61,052 bases of DNA, from positions 1 through 61,052 of the IMG/VR virus record IMGVR_UViG_3300046780_000585, one strand, 5' to 3'. The notes beneath the pieces were generated by a model. It saw only the letters and a program-made list of their open reading frames with translations, ran no database searches and was not told where the DNA came from. The position numbers were made by a program, and so were the translations under genes. The first letter of the stretch is position 1. Every line of letters starts with the position of its first letter. This stretch comes from a virus (lineage: Duplodnaviria; Caudoviricetes). Positions 17,955-28,500 of the stretch are shown here, one piece after another.

Positions 17955-18236
17955 ATGACAATACCTTTCACGCAGTACCTACGCCCCGATGGCCGGCCGC
18001 GGGATGTGGAAATTGATCGCCCGTCCGACATCGAAGCCTTGGCGCGTCAATTCATCGAAAGCGGCGGCCGTTATGAATGCGAGCACCTAACTACCGAGGA
18101 GGCGAGCCTGACGGCGGTCAAAGAGATCGATGGCGAGGAGCAAGATATCGCCATTGAGATTGTTCCAAACGGCCCGGAAGTTCCGGCCGCTGTTGACCGC
18201 TTGGTGCGGGCATCCGCCGCCCGGTGTGCAACATGA
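17955..18236 (+). CDS. Hypothetical protein
   Basis: MTIPFTQYLRPDGRPR; start could be GTG 17919. Confidence 0.65.
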   Translation: MTIPFTQYLRPDGRPRDVEIDRPSDIEALARQFIESGGRYECEHLTTEEASLTAVKEIDGEEQDIAIEIVPNGPEVPAAVDRLVRASAARCAT

Positions 18237-18252
18237 CAGATGAGCTAACCGG

Positions 18253-18489
18253 ATGACGGACGAGACCGGCGAGCGCGATACCCTGTACGTCACGGACGCG
18301 GAGCTGATCCGGCGCATGGGCGTGCCTGAGAAGATCGCGCGGGAGGCCATCCGGGCGCTCGACGCGAACCGGGCCAGCGGTTTTCCCCAGAAGCAAAAGC
18401 TATTCGGGGACCGGAGATATTGGCCGGCCTGCGTGGCTTGGTTCGACAAGACGAGCGGACTTATCCCCCATGAGCGCAAATCGGCTTGA
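18253..18489 (+). CDS. Putative excisionase-like DNA-binding protein
   Basis: Small wHTH-like ORF (GFPQKQKLFGDRRYWPACVAWFD) near the integrase. Confidence 0.6.
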   Translation: MTDETGERDTLYVTDAELIRRMGVPEKIAREAIRALDANRASGFPQKQKLFGDRRYWPACVAWFDKTSGLIPHERKSA

Positions 18490-18514
18490 CGTAAGCGTAT
18501 GCGCTGATTATATT
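18486..18514 (+). promoter_or_regulatory. sigma70 promoter
   Basis: TTGACG-17-TATATT with an imperfect palindrome AGCGTATGCGCT in the spacer; 7 nt from ATG 18522. Confidence 0.6.
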
Positions 18515-18521
18515 CGGCGGC

Positions 18522-18731
18522 ATGGCAATTTATATATCCGATGAAGAAATTGTTGCGGTCGTAAAGAAGCAGATCGGCCATAGCTCCCAAAAGGCGTGGG
18601 CTGAAAAGGCCGGGATATCGGCCGCCTACCTCTCTGACTTTCTGCTCGGCAGGCGCCGCCCCGGTCCGGCCATTCTTCGCGGCGCCGGGTTCTCGGTGAC
18701 CCCCTATTATCGGAAGCTTTCCCATGACTGA
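18522..18731 (+). CDS. XRE HTH protein
   Basis: SQKAWAEKAGISAAYLSDFLLGRRRPG. Confidence 0.8.
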   Translation: MAIYISDEEIVAVVKKQIGHSSQKAWAEKAGISAAYLSDFLLGRRRPGPAILRGAGFSVTPYYRKLSHD

Positions 18732-18758
18732 TCACGCCAAAGGACATCGAGGCCACCC

Positions 18759-19085
18759 ATGAGCGATGACGATTTTCGCACCATCCTGCGGGCCATAGAC
18801 GGGCTGCAGGCCGAGCTCGCGCCCGTACGCGAGCAACTTAAGATAATCGAGATAAAAGTCAGCGGTATTCCGCTGATAGCTGAGTCAACCCACGACTTGC
18901 GTCGCGACCTGCGAATGGTGAAGGCCGCCATCAACGACATGGCGCGCGTTAACATCACCGCCGGAGAGGTTGAGGCGCTCCACGAAGAGATCGACAAGAT
19001 ACAGGCTGAGAATGCAGAGCTTGCGACGCGCCTCGCCACCGTCGAACGGCTTCTCGCCGATACCGGAGCTTCCGATGAGCGATAG
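18759..19085 (+). CDS. Coiled-coil hypothetical protein
   Basis: GAGG SD; heptad pattern. Confidence 0.65.
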   Translation: MSDDDFRTILRAIDGLQAELAPVREQLKIIEIKVSGIPLIAESTHDLRRDLRMVKAAINDMARVNITAGEVEALHEEIDKIQAENAELATRLATVERLLADTGASDER

Positions 19086-20304
19086 ACCCAAAGTCGCAGA
19101 CTCTCCGGGGCTCGTTTGGGCACCCCGTAAATCCGGCTGGGTGGCCGAATGGCACGCCCGCACCGATCTGATCAAGCGCGGGTTCCTGCCCCAGCGCGCC
19201 CGCGTCTGGGCCGGGGAATGGCCCTCCGAGACGGACTGCGCCCTGATCTCCGACCAATGCACCCGCCTCCAGGCCGAGATGCTGGTCTGGGGCCGCGGCG
19301 GCATCCCGGTGATCGCAGACGCCTTCGACGGCACGCTGGGCAGCCTGATCCGGCTCTACCAGACCGACAAGGATTCCTCGTATCAGGAGCTTCGCTACGC
19401 GAGCCGGATGAACGACGACAGCCGGTGCAAGCTGATCGCCAGGGACTACGGCGACACGCTGCTTTCTGACATCGACGCCCGCATGATCAAGGATTGGTGG
19501 CGGGCGTGGACCTCGGACGGCCGGACCCCGTCAGCCCATGGCAAGGTCGGGCAGCTCCGCACACTCTTCGCGTTCGGCTCCACCTTGGTCGGAAAGCGCG
19601 GAGATCCCGAATGCCGGCGGTTGCGCGAGGATGCCGGACTGCTGCGCTTCAAGATGGGCAAGCCCCGGAAGGAATACATCACGGCGACCCAGGCACTCGC
19701 CATCATCGCCAAGGCCCACGAGCTCGGCCGCCACTCGATCGCGCTGGCCCAGGCGTTCCAGTTCGAATGCACCCTGCGGCAAAAGGATGTGATCGGGGAA
19801 TGGGTCCCGATGGGCGAGCCGGAACTGTCGGATGTCCACGACGGTCAATGGAAGTGGCTTCGGGGTCTCCGGGGCGAAGAGATCGACGCCAATTTGATCC
19901 TGCGCCACATGACCAGCAAACGGCAGAAGCCGGTCGAGGTCGATCTGCGCCTGGCCCCGATGGTCATGGCGGAACTGGATCTGGCCGGCAAGTTCCCCGA
20001 GAAGGGGCCGCTGATCATTTGCGAGGCAACCGGGGTGGCGTGGCAAGCCAAGAACTTCCGCGAGAAGTGGCGCAAGGTCGCGACTGCGGCCGGAGTCCCA
20101 AACCACGTTTGGAACATGGACAGCCGGGCCGGCGCGATCACGGAAGGGACGGACGTTGCCGCCATGGATGACGTTAGGCGCACCGCGACCCACAGCAACG
20201 TCAGCCAGACCCAAGCCTACTCGCGGGACGACACCAAGGCGATCGCCAGGGTCATGAAAGGCCGCGCCGCGAGCCGGAACAAGGCGGGAACGGATGCGTC
20301 GTAA
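19075..20304 (+). CDS. int: Tyrosine integrase
   Basis: LRQKD (R), TSK (K), MDSRAGAIT, ATHSN..TQAY; GGAG SD. Confidence 0.85.
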   Translation: MSDRPKVADSPGLVWAPRKSGWVAEWHARTDLIKRGFLPQRARVWAGEWPSETDCALISDQCTRLQAEMLVWGRGGIPVIADAFDGTLGSLIRLYQTDKDSSYQELRYASRMNDDSRCKLIARDYGDTLLSDIDARMIKDWWRAWTSDGRTPSAHGKVGQLRTLFAFGSTLVGKRGDPECRRLREDAGLLRFKMGKPRKEYITATQALAIIAKAHELGRHSIALAQAFQFECTLRQKDVIGEWVPMGEPELSDVHDGQWKWLRGLRGEEIDANLILRHMTSKRQKPVEVDLRLAPMVMAELDLAGKFPEKGPLIICEATGVAWQAKNFREKWRKVATAAGVPNHVWNMDSRAGAITEGTDVAAMDDVRRTATHSNVSQTQAYSRDDTKAIARVMKGRAASRNKAGTDAS

Positions 20305-20486
20305 ACCACCGTAAACGCAACGCGAACATCGATGACTAGCATACACTACCAGGATCTTGTGAAATCAAAGGCTTAGGAGGCATATCCGCTCAGCGCCCAA
20401 AAGCGCGGGGCCATTGAAATCATTGAATGTCAGTAGCGACCGGGAAGGCAATAAGCCGCCACGTGGCGCAAGGAGAGGATTGTTGA

Positions 20487-20500
20487 GTTTCACGTGAAAC
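20487..20500. promoter_or_regulatory. parS: parS site
   Basis: Perfect palindrome GTTTCACGTGAAAC, the core of the chromosomal parS consensus. Confidence 0.75.
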
Positions 20501-20631
20501 GCTTCCGAGTGCCACACTCCGCAGATCGGTCTGATGTCAACCAACGAGAGAGTTTGACCGTCATTGGCTTTCCCGGGCTATGTGATTCGGGACAGGAACC
20601 ATTCATCGTCCGTCGGCACTCGGAACTGGAT

Positions 20632-20931
20632 TCAGGCGCGCGGTTTAATCGCGGGCAATGACTTATCCTTGGTGGTGTTCGACATCTCGCCAGTTTTGCC
20701 AGACTTAGGATAGCTTTGGCGTTCGATGTTTTCTCGGAATTGGTCGGGCGCCTTGAAGAAGCGGCTGCGCGATTGCTGGATCACCGGCCCCCCAGTGGCA
20801 TAGCTGGCGGGCATCGGGCCGGTGCCTTTGGTGAACTCGCGCCCGACCGATCGCGGGATACCGAGCGTGCTCTTGCCCTTGGCGGCCGCGAACATGGCCT
20901 TGCGCTGGGGGTCGCTGACTATTGGCGCCAT
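20632..20931 (-). CDS. Small basic hypothetical protein
   Basis: GGAG SD; last gene of the virion operon. Confidence 0.7.
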   Translation of the reverse strand: MAPIVSDPQRKAMFAAAKGKSTLGIPRSVGREFTKGTGPMPASYATGGPVIQQSRSRFFKAPDQFRENIERQSYPKSGKTGEMSNTTKDKSLPAIKPRA

Positions 20932-20935
20932 AGCT

Positions 20936-21115
20936 CTATCTCCTCTTTGCTTCCCAATAAGTGCAAGTGTCCTGTGCCCGGATTGGGCCCTCGACCAGCG
21001 TGCAGCTCGGCGAGGTGCCGGTCCGGTACATGCTACAGGTCGCGCAGCGGCGCGGCGCCCCCGGCTTGGCAGGGCGATAGTTCGCGTCCTTGTGCGACAT
21101 CTTGGCGGGTGTCAT
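20936..21115 (-). CDS. HiPIP-like 4-Cys protein (59 aa)
   Basis: [59 protein letters not shown]; ATGA-coupled; below the ORF-track cutoff. Confidence 0.7.
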   Translation of the reverse strand: MTPAKMSHKDANYRPAKPGAPRRCATCSMYRTGTSPSCTLVEGPIRAQDTCTYWEAKRR

Positions 21116-24100
21116 CGTGTCAGTTGCCCCAGCCCATATTCTATCAGCCCACGCGGATGCTGGGCGCGTGTCTTGGCTTCTTTCAGGCTCAGCTTCTGCC
21201 CATAACGCTGTCCCGCAACTTCTTTTTGCGTCGGGACCTTGGTGTCAGTGATCTGCGACAGAAATTCATGCAAAGTTGAACCGCGCGCAGAGCCTGGCTG
21301 AATCGTGGGCCCAAACGTGCTGTACGGCGACACGAGCGTCCCGGTGGCGAATTCGGCAGCTTGCCCGAATTTATCGTACCACGGCGAGCCCGGATCAACG
21401 ATCCGGCGCCCCGCAAAGTCGCGGTTGGACAACCCGGCTCTTATGGCATTGATAGCAGGCGAGAGCGTAAAGACGTTGCTCAGCACCATGCCAAGGTCTT
21501 TCTTGCCCGTCGCGACACCGTAAGCACCGGTCAACGGCGCCAACGGTCCGCGCGGTTTCACCTCGGCGTCCTTGTTGCCGGTGATGCTCTGGACGGCTTT
21601 GTCCAGCGCCGGTTTGACCACGAACGCAAGCGCCGCCAAGGCGAACACGTTGCCCAATGCTTCCTTGCGCTCGGCCATAGTAGCGTTCGGACCGAGTGTG
21701 TGGGTCATCATGGTGCTGAGCGAATTGAGCATGCCCATATGATAGCGGCCGAATACCGAGACATTCGGATCGGACATGAAGCGAACCATCTGACGGCGGC
21801 CAAAAATCTTGATCGGCAGCCGATAGTCCGGCATGTGGACACGGGCGCTGGCAATCGCATCCTCGCGCGACATGCCGTTCATCTCCAGCTCCCTGATCCG
21901 GGAAGCCATGAGCGCATCGCTGAAAGTCCACAGGGCTTTACCGGCATGCTCGTACCACAGCTTGACAGCGTCGATACCGTGGCCAAGTCCGTAGGTTCGC
22001 GCATACTGCTCCCATTTGCCGGGATTGTTCCGAAGGTCGGCATCGAACGCTTTGCCAAGATTGCGAACTATGTTCTGACTATCGATCTTGGACTGGATCA
22101 ACGATCCGCCGGCACGATTGATGTCCTGCAGCAGCTGGTCCTGGGTATAGGCGGACTTGAATCCCTCGATGACCGACTTGGCGAGCGTGCCGTATTTGCG
22201 CGGGTCGATCCAATCCGTACCGCGTCCTACCAAATAGTGCATGAATGCGTTCATGGCATGCGGCACCGGATTCCAGAAGATCGATCGGATGCCCAGCTGG
22301 TTGGCCACCCGCAGCCAGTTGATGTCCGGCAGCCCCATGCCGGGCTTGTAATTGTTGTGGAGGACCTGCTCTAGGTCAGGGTGCATGTAGAGCCCTTTGA
22401 GATCGGGCACATCGCTTTGCGGCCACCCGCGCTTCTTGGCGGTATCGGCATCGCGCGTCATCAACGACTTGAACGGCGATTTCTCCGGGTCCTTGAACCG
22501 ATCCAGCCAGTCATTGTAATCCTTCATCATCCTCAGTTCGCGGTTCTCGACGAACTTGGATACGAAAGCGTTCTTGTGATACTCGACCGGGGTGCCGCCC
22601 TCATGCACGGCATGCTGCTCGATCTCGTTCTCTCGGCCGCGATCGACCGTGTATTCCTTGCCGTTGTAGGTGAGCTTGTCGCCGGTCTGCGGCGATGTTT
22701 CTTTAGGGTTGGTGATGAACCCTTCCGGCTCGCGGTTCTTCATAACCGCAATCCTGTCGCCCTTGCCGGCAAGCACCAGCCGGTTGCCGTCCTTGTCCTG
22801 GGCACCGTAAAACGCCAGCTCCTTGGTGGAGCTTGGATCGTGCATGCCGGGCAGACGGCCGATGTGACCCTCGGTGATCGGGTCGTCGACCCGGACCGGG
22901 GCGCTCTTCATGACGCGCTTCATGTAGCGCGGATCGTCCGCCTCATTGTCTATGAGCCCACGGTCGACAAGCTCCTTGCGCAACGCGGCGTTCTCCTTGC
23001 TTATGTCGCCCGTCGCATGCTCGAAGCCAGCGCGCAGGTTGGCAGGGAGCTTGTCGTAGGTGCCGTTGACGATGGCGTTATAGATCGTCTCGCCGCCCTT
23101 CCCTTTGACCTCGGGGTGCATCTTGGAGGCTTCCTCGCCCAGACCCTTGTAGCGCAGCATGTCGGCAGCGGGGATCGTGGATAATTTATTCAGTTCGTCG
23201 TCGGCCTTGTTGGCAAGATTGAACGCCTTCTCATCGCCCAGCTTGCCTTGTTCGATCAGTTGCTCCTTGGGCACGCGAGGCGGCTCGGGCGGCGTCCCAG
23301 GTGGCCGGCCGCCAGGCGGTTGCCGCGGCGGCTGTTGCCGTTGTTGCTGCTGTTGCTGCTGCTGCTGACTGCGTTCGAAAGCGTCGGCCGCCTGTTCGAA
23401 CTGCCGGGCACGCCCTTCCTGGCCTTGCTCTCGGTACATGGCCGCGGTCTCGCGCAAGTGCGCGGCTGGGCTGGGCGCGGCTTCGGCTGCATCGAGCCGT
23501 TGCCGCATGAGTTCGTCGCGCCCGCCGGTAAACAGGTTTTCCTGCAGATGCGTGTCGCTGAAGAGTCCCTCGTCCGCCGGCCGTTGCGGGGCCGTTGGTC
23601 TCAGACGTTCGTCGGCCCGTCGTTGGGCGAGCTCGCCTTCGCCGATGCGCTCGGTCCCGGGGATAACGCCTTGAGGTTTTCCCTCAGCGCCCATTTCGAA
23701 AGCGCCGCGTGGTACCTCGCCAGCATCTGGCGGCGCTGGAGGTCCTGCGGGCTCAGGTCCGGCCCCGGCTTCGCGTACACCTCGGCCATCGCCGCGTGCT
23801 GCCGCGGCGTCATCAACATCCCACCCTTCAATGTGTCCAACGGTGACGTGCTGGTCTTGGGTGTCTTTTTCATACTGGTTGGCATGCTCCATTATGGCTC
23901 GTTCAAGAGCCATATCTGGGCTGGAAACGCCCTCCTTCTCCATGATCTCGACAGTACGATCATATAATTTTGGGTCTAGCGCGCCAAGTCCGGCATCATG
24001 AGAAAAACCGTCGACGGCACGTTGGATCGCAACGCGGTTAAGCTCGGCTGCGCGCCCACGCTCGCCTGCGGTCGTCGTGCCTTCGCTGCCTACCCGATAC

Positions 24101-25740
24101 TGCCTGGTTCCACGCGCTTCTTTGTCGATCAAATCCAGCAGATCAGAGGTGGTCGTCTTGGCCACTCGGCCTTCGAAGTCGCTGGCGTCGTTGAGGTATC
24201 TGCCTTCGCGTGTAGCCTTGAGCCACGCTTGATCGAGCGACATGCCGTCCTTACGCAGCAAGTTGCCAAATCCGGGGATCAGACGGTTTTTGCCCCCGAA
24301 TATGTCCTTCAGCTCCGGAATATCTTTTTGCAGACCGCCATTGTGCGCCAGATACTCGAGCAGGCTGTAGAGCTGCTCGTCCTTAGCGCGTGGCCCCCGG
24401 CCTATTTTCACGGAGGCGGATGGCGGCTGGGCCGGCGGCGCAGGCTCTTGTGTTGCAACAGGGGCTGGCGGCGGTTCTGGTGCAGCCATTGGGGATTTCA
24501 GAACATCCTGCGCCTGTGCCTTGAGCGCTTCTGGCGTCATGCCGCGCTTGGCGGCTTCCGTGTTGAGCACGCGCGGCTGGTTGAGCATCCGATTGGCGAG
24601 CGCGCGATCGATGGTGGCCGCGGTTGGCGTCGGCTCGGCGGGAGCCGTTGGCTGCGGTTCCTCCGGTTGCAATGGTCGCGCCTGCTCTTCGGCATCCGGC
24701 ACCCGAGGGAATTGTGCTTCCAGCTTCGCGCTGGTGGCCGGGGCTGCAGCCTCACCCCCGGGCTCCATCTTGGCGCGGATCGCTGCGTCCTGCGCCGGGT
24801 CGGTCTCGCCGACGTTCACACCCTGTCGCTCGGCAGGAGGCGGCGCCTCCTTGCCAAGATCCTCCGGACCGGTTCTGTCGCCGACCGGGGCCGTGGTCTC
24901 TGGCGTAGCTGCAGCGGCGCCACCCTCTCCCGGCGTTCCACCTGCAGGCGGCGGCTGCTCCTTGGCGGTGCCGGCGGCAGCGTCCGATCCCGGTGTGCCG
25001 TGCCACAGTTCAGGTCGGCCGATAGCAGCCGCCGCTCGCGTGCCCAGCGCCTCGCCAGCCCGGGTTGGCGTGGTCAAGAAGGCGCCACCAGCGCCCGCTA
25101 TGGCAAGTCGTGCTGGGTCGAAATCCTCGCCTGACTTCCACTGATTGAACGCCTCCATGCCCGCCCCGAACAGTGCGCCGCCCGCCCGCACGGCAGCGGG
25201 TGCAGCACCCGGACCAAGGAACGGCGCTGCACTCAGGATGTCGCCCACTACCGCCGACTTGGGGTTGGCGGCATCGTCGGCCGCCATTTGCAGGTCGTCA
25301 CCGAAACCCAGCAGCTTGGCGCCAGTGTCCTGAGCGGCGCGCGCCCCCATGTAAGCCAAGCTACCACCGATGAAGGCGCCCGGAATGGCACCTATACCCG
25401 CCTCTGGTAGGCCGATGGCGGCGCCCGCTGCGATGCCGCCGGGAATTGCCGCCAGACCGGCGGCAGACGGCAGCAGCCCGTGTGCGACATGGCGCAGCGT
25501 CGTCCAGAACGGGCTCTCGGCTTTCGGTTGCTGTTGCTGTTGCTGCGCCCCAGTTCGAAAAGCTGCCCAGTCATCGGCAGGCTGAGCGGTTTGCGAAGTA
25601 CGGAAGGCCGCCCAGTCATCGGTTGCGGTGGGAGCTTGCGGGGCACGAAAAGCCGCCCAGTCATCAGCTACAGCAGGTTGTCCGGCAACGTCAGGCTGTT
25701 GCTGTTCGTCAACATCCTCGTCATCATCGTCATCGGCCAT
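21112..25740 (-). CDS. Large internal virion/DNA ejection protein
   Basis: About 1540 aa at the end of the structural operon; DDWAAFR x3, Gly/Ala hydrophobic segments, polyQ. Confidence 0.7.
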   Translation of the reverse strand: MADDDDDEDVDEQQQPDVAGQPAVADDWAAFRAPQAPTATDDWAAFRTSQTAQPADDWAAFRTGAQQQQQQPKAESPFWTTLRHVAHGLLPSAAGLAAIPGGIAAGAAIGLPEAGIGAIPGAFIGGSLAYMGARAAQDTGAKLLGFGDDLQMAADDAANPKSAVVGDILSAAPFLGPGAAPAAVRAGGALFGAGMEAFNQWKSGEDFDPARLAIAGAGGAFLTTPTRAGEALGTRAAAAIGRPELWHGTPGSDAAAGTAKEQPPPAGGTPGEGGAAAATPETTAPVGDRTGPEDLGKEAPPPAERQGVNVGETDPAQDAAIRAKMEPGGEAAAPATSAKLEAQFPRVPDAEEQARPLQPEEPQPTAPAEPTPTAATIDRALANRMLNQPRVLNTEAAKRGMTPEALKAQAQDVLKSPMAAPEPPPAPVATQEPAPPAQPPSASVKIGRGPRAKDEQLYSLLEYLAHNGGLQKDIPELKDIFGGKNRLIPGFGNLLRKDGMSLDQAWLKATREGRYLNDASDFEGRVAKTTTSDLLDLIDKEARGTRQYRVGSEGTTTAGERGRAAELNRVAIQRAVDGFSHDAGLGALDPKLYDRTVEIMEKEGVSSPDMALERAIMEHANQYEKDTQDQHVTVGHIEGWDVDDAAAARGDGRGVREAGAGPEPAGPPAPPDAGEVPRGAFEMGAEGKPQGVIPGTERIGEGELAQRRADERLRPTAPQRPADEGLFSDTHLQENLFTGGRDELMRQRLDAAEAAPSPAAHLRETAAMYREQGQEGRARQFEQAADAFERSQQQQQQQQQRQQPPRQPPGGRPPGTPPEPPRVPKEQLIEQGKLGDEKAFNLANKADDELNKLSTIPAADMLRYKGLGEEASKMHPEVKGKGGETIYNAIVNGTYDKLPANLRAGFEHATGDISKENAALRKELVDRGLIDNEADDPRYMKRVMKSAPVRVDDPITEGHIGRLPGMHDPSSTKELAFYGAQDKDGNRLVLAGKGDRIAVMKNREPEGFITNPKETSPQTGDKLTYNGKEYTVDRGRENEIEQHAVHEGGTPVEYHKNAFVSKFVENRELRMMKDYNDWLDRFKDPEKSPFKSLMTRDADTAKKRGWPQSDVPDLKGLYMHPDLEQVLHNNYKPGMGLPDINWLRVANQLGIRSIFWNPVPHAMNAFMHYLVGRGTDWIDPRKYGTLAKSVIEGFKSAYTQDQLLQDINRAGGSLIQSKIDSQNIVRNLGKAFDADLRNNPGKWEQYARTYGLGHGIDAVKLWYEHAGKALWTFSDALMASRIRELEMNGMSREDAIASARVHMPDYRLPIKIFGRRQMVRFMSDPNVSVFGRYHMGMLNSLSTMMTHTLGPNATMAERKEALGNVFALAALAFVVKPALDKAVQSITGNKDAEVKPRGPLAPLTGAYGVATGKKDLGMVLSNVFTLSPAINAIRAGLSNRDFAGRRIVDPGSPWYDKFGQAAEFATGTLVSPYSTFGPTIQPGSARGSTLHEFLSQITDTKVPTQKEVAGQRYGQKLSLKEAKTRAQHPRGLIEYGLGQLTR

Positions 25741-27938
25741 CAAGGTACAATCCCTGGAGACCCATCCGGTAGGATAATCCGTGTGCCTGATGGCAAGCTA
25801 CGAGCCTGCGCTGGCGAGCTTACTCTGACCGGCGCTCCAGTTGATTGAGCGGTTGGCGCTCGTGCTGCTGCTTGGCCACCGCCCTGCTGGCTACGCGAGT
25901 GCTGTTGGATGCGGGTGACGTAGTCATCCTTGAGCGCCTGCTCGGCTGGCGTCAGTGTGTTCCCGCCGTTCTCCTTGGTGTAGATGCTCTTAATTAAGTT
26001 TTGCTCCCCGGTGCTGAAGGTCTTCAAGGCGGCGTCAGCGGATTTCTGCTGGTTGACCCTTCGCGTTTCTTGAATTTTGTAGGCTTCGTTGGTGAACATC
26101 CTCTGCGCGTTGACGTCGCTGGTCTGGGCCGCCCGCCGCAGAAGGTCTTGGACCGGATCGTTGCTCTGCTGCCCCCCAGGTGCCGACCGGCCGCCGGCCG
26201 CTCTGGCCGCCAACTCGGCCTGCGCCGCCGCCTGCGATGCCGGGGTCGGCGCCTGCTCGGGCGGCAGTGGCTTGGACAGGTCCAGGCCGCCCTGGCCGGT
26301 TGCCCTGGCCTGCACGGCGGCCACGGCCACCGGATCACCTCGTTTCATGCGGGCGTCCAGCTCGCCGAGATTGTTGTTGAACAACGTGCCTGCCAGATCC
26401 TGCGTACTCGGCGGGGCGTCGCCCTTGCGTACGTAGCTGACGACCTTGCCGTCCGGTCCTACGACCGCGCGGTCGTAGGTGGTGTCGGACGTTGGCGCGA
26501 GCGTGTATCCTTGCGGATAGGCGGGAGCAGCGGCTGCAGGGGTGGCGGCTGCGGGAGCGCCCTGCCGGACCGGGATGGTGGTCACATTGTTGCCGGCAGT
26601 GCCGGAGAAGCCGCCGGCCGACGGGGCCTGGTTGGCGTACCCGGTGGCTTGCGGTGCTTGCGTTGCAGCAGCAACTGATCCTGCGGGCAAAGTGGACCTG
26701 ACGTCATTCGAGGCGTCCGACATCATCCCCGTGTCCGCTACCGCGTACTGCGGACCAGGCACGCTGGTATCGTCGCCGGCATCGCTCCTGCGGCCACGCG
26801 CTCCACCACGGCTACGGCTATTGGTGTTTTTGTTATTGCTGCTGCTGCCGCCGGCAGTTGCCGCAGTCCCACCACCTGACGGTATATCGTATTGCGGAAT
26901 TACGGTCCCTTCCCGGGACGGCGGGTTCTGCGAATCGTAACCGACTTGTGGGTTGTAATAAGGGTTGATACGAGGCGCTTGTCGTGCTTGCTCTTTTGCG
27001 ACAGCAGCACGATTATCGGCGCGGTTTATGAGTTTGGTGGCCAGACTTTCATAGATGCCGTCGTTGCCGCCAGGCATGAGGTAATCGTCTCGGCCTAATA
27101 CCGGGGCGTCGTCACGACCGCTCATAGGGGCGCCACGTTGCGTGGTAAATCGTGCCAAATTAGCTCTGTTGTAAGGGTCATCCAAAAACCCAGGCGGCAG
27201 GAAACGGCTTACTTTAGGGCCAATCGCAGCAACCATGGCGCCATTGTCTTCCAGCACTCTGGCTGCCTCTCCAGGCGACATTCCCGCGTTAATAAGGTCT
27301 TGCCGTGTCAATTCACGGGGAACTGCAGGAGCACCTGCGCCCAAGGCTTGCGCACGTCCTTCGCTCGTTGTCGGTTGAGTTGTTTGGTCGTAACCCGTTT
27401 TGGCAGGAGCCTGTCCTGCAGTCGATGATCTGCCAAGACCACCGAGAGCGTCCTGCCCGGCCTGGTCCATGTAGTTGGGCGACAGCGGATCGGCGGTGCC
27501 GGCGATCGTCTTCTGCACGACTTCGGCGGTGCTGGCGGTCGGATCGGCAGCTTGTGTAGCAGCCAGTGCAGCGTCTACCTCTTGTGGAGGCGCTGCGTTA
27601 TCACCACCGAGATAGCTCTTGATCGCGTCTGTGACTGTCCTGAGCAGCGGAGTACGCTTGCTTGAACTGTCTGCAGGTGGTGCCGCAGCAGGATCAGCAG
27701 CAGTGCCGAGATATTTATCCGACCACTGCTGGTACAACGGACGACTATCTGGAGGCAGCGGCTCGGTACCGGGATCAGGGGGTGGAGCGCCATAACCCAG
27801 CTGCTCGCGCGCAAACCGCTTCCACAGAGGCTCCGGGCCGGTATCCTCTTCAGGCGGTGGCGGTGGCGCCGGCGGGTTGTCGCGTTCGTCTTGAGCAGTC
27901 CAAGACTGGTCGTCGTCGGCGCTGTCGGTGTAAGTCAT
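25740..27938 (-). CDS. Putative ejection protein
   Basis: GGAGG SD before MTYTDS; low complexity; ends QARSLPSGTRIILPDGS. Confidence 0.65.
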   Translation of the reverse strand: MTYTDSADDDQSWTAQDERDNPPAPPPPPEEDTGPEPLWKRFAREQLGYGAPPPDPGTEPLPPDSRPLYQQWSDKYLGTAADPAAAPPADSSSKRTPLLRTVTDAIKSYLGGDNAAPPQEVDAALAATQAADPTASTAEVVQKTIAGTADPLSPNYMDQAGQDALGGLGRSSTAGQAPAKTGYDQTTQPTTSEGRAQALGAGAPAVPRELTRQDLINAGMSPGEAARVLEDNGAMVAAIGPKVSRFLPPGFLDDPYNRANLARFTTQRGAPMSGRDDAPVLGRDDYLMPGGNDGIYESLATKLINRADNRAAVAKEQARQAPRINPYYNPQVGYDSQNPPSREGTVIPQYDIPSGGGTAATAGGSSSNNKNTNSRSRGGARGRRSDAGDDTSVPGPQYAVADTGMMSDASNDVRSTLPAGSVAAATQAPQATGYANQAPSAGGFSGTAGNNVTTIPVRQGAPAAATPAAAAPAYPQGYTLAPTSDTTYDRAVVGPDGKVVSYVRKGDAPPSTQDLAGTLFNNNLGELDARMKRGDPVAVAAVQARATGQGGLDLSKPLPPEQAPTPASQAAAQAELAARAAGGRSAPGGQQSNDPVQDLLRRAAQTSDVNAQRMFTNEAYKIQETRRVNQQKSADAALKTFSTGEQNLIKSIYTKENGGNTLTPAEQALKDDYVTRIQQHSRSQQGGGQAAARAPTAQSTGAPVRVSSPAQARSLPSGTRIILPDGSPGIVP

Positions 27939-27939
27939 G

Positions 27940-28500
27940 TCAACCTCCTGCGCCGTAGCCGGTAGGTGGCGCCTGCTGTTGGCCGATCCGATGCAACCCG
28001 TGCATCTGCCGCGTATGCTGCAGCACCTGCCGAACCCGGTGGATCGGGTCGTTGGGATGCTCCTGCACGCGCGGCTGCTGCCGGCCGGAAGCGATGTGGA
28101 GATTATGCCCCACGCCGTTGTCGATGACGTGGTCAAAGCTGGTCGCTGGCCCCACCAGGTAGTGATGGAACTGCTGCGAGGTCATCGGATGCGTGGATTC
28201 CACACCGCCGCGCCCATGCACGACCGACAGGATGTGGCCGTCGGGCGTCACGTTGTGCGTCAGGTTCTTGCCGTCTGGCACCATGTCATGGGCCTTGCTG
28301 GCAAGGTGCGCGGCGGTCTTGATGTCGCCGTGGGCGTGAGCACCCTGCGCCATGCCGATCATGGCGTCGTAACGCTTGCGCAAGCCAGCCAGGAGTGCGG
28401 CACGATGGTTCATGTCGTTGCCAGGCTGCGGCGGTGCCGCTGACGGCCCTGCATCGCCGCCGTTCGCATAGCCTACGCGCTGTGCTGCTGCCTGGGCCAT
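27940..28500 (-). CDS. His-rich hypothetical virion-operon protein
   Basis: Packed between coupled genes; ends PTGYGAGG, like the PQTGYGAN of the upstream gene. Confidence 0.65.
   Translation of the reverse strand: MAQAAAQRVGYANGGDAGPSAAPPQPGNDMNHRAALLAGLRKRYDAMIGMAQGAHAHGDIKTAAHLASKAHDMVPDGKNLTHNVTPDGHILSVVHGRGGVESTHPMTSQQFHHYLVGPATSFDHVIDNGVGHNLHIASGRQQPRVQEHPNDPIHRVRQVLQHTRQMHGLHRIGQQQAPPTGYGAGG

Noticed and set aside
20305-20480. Exact attP core or tRNA fragment
   Set aside because: The position is plausible and TGAAATCA occurs twice, but no core can be defined without the host sequence; no cloverleaf seen.
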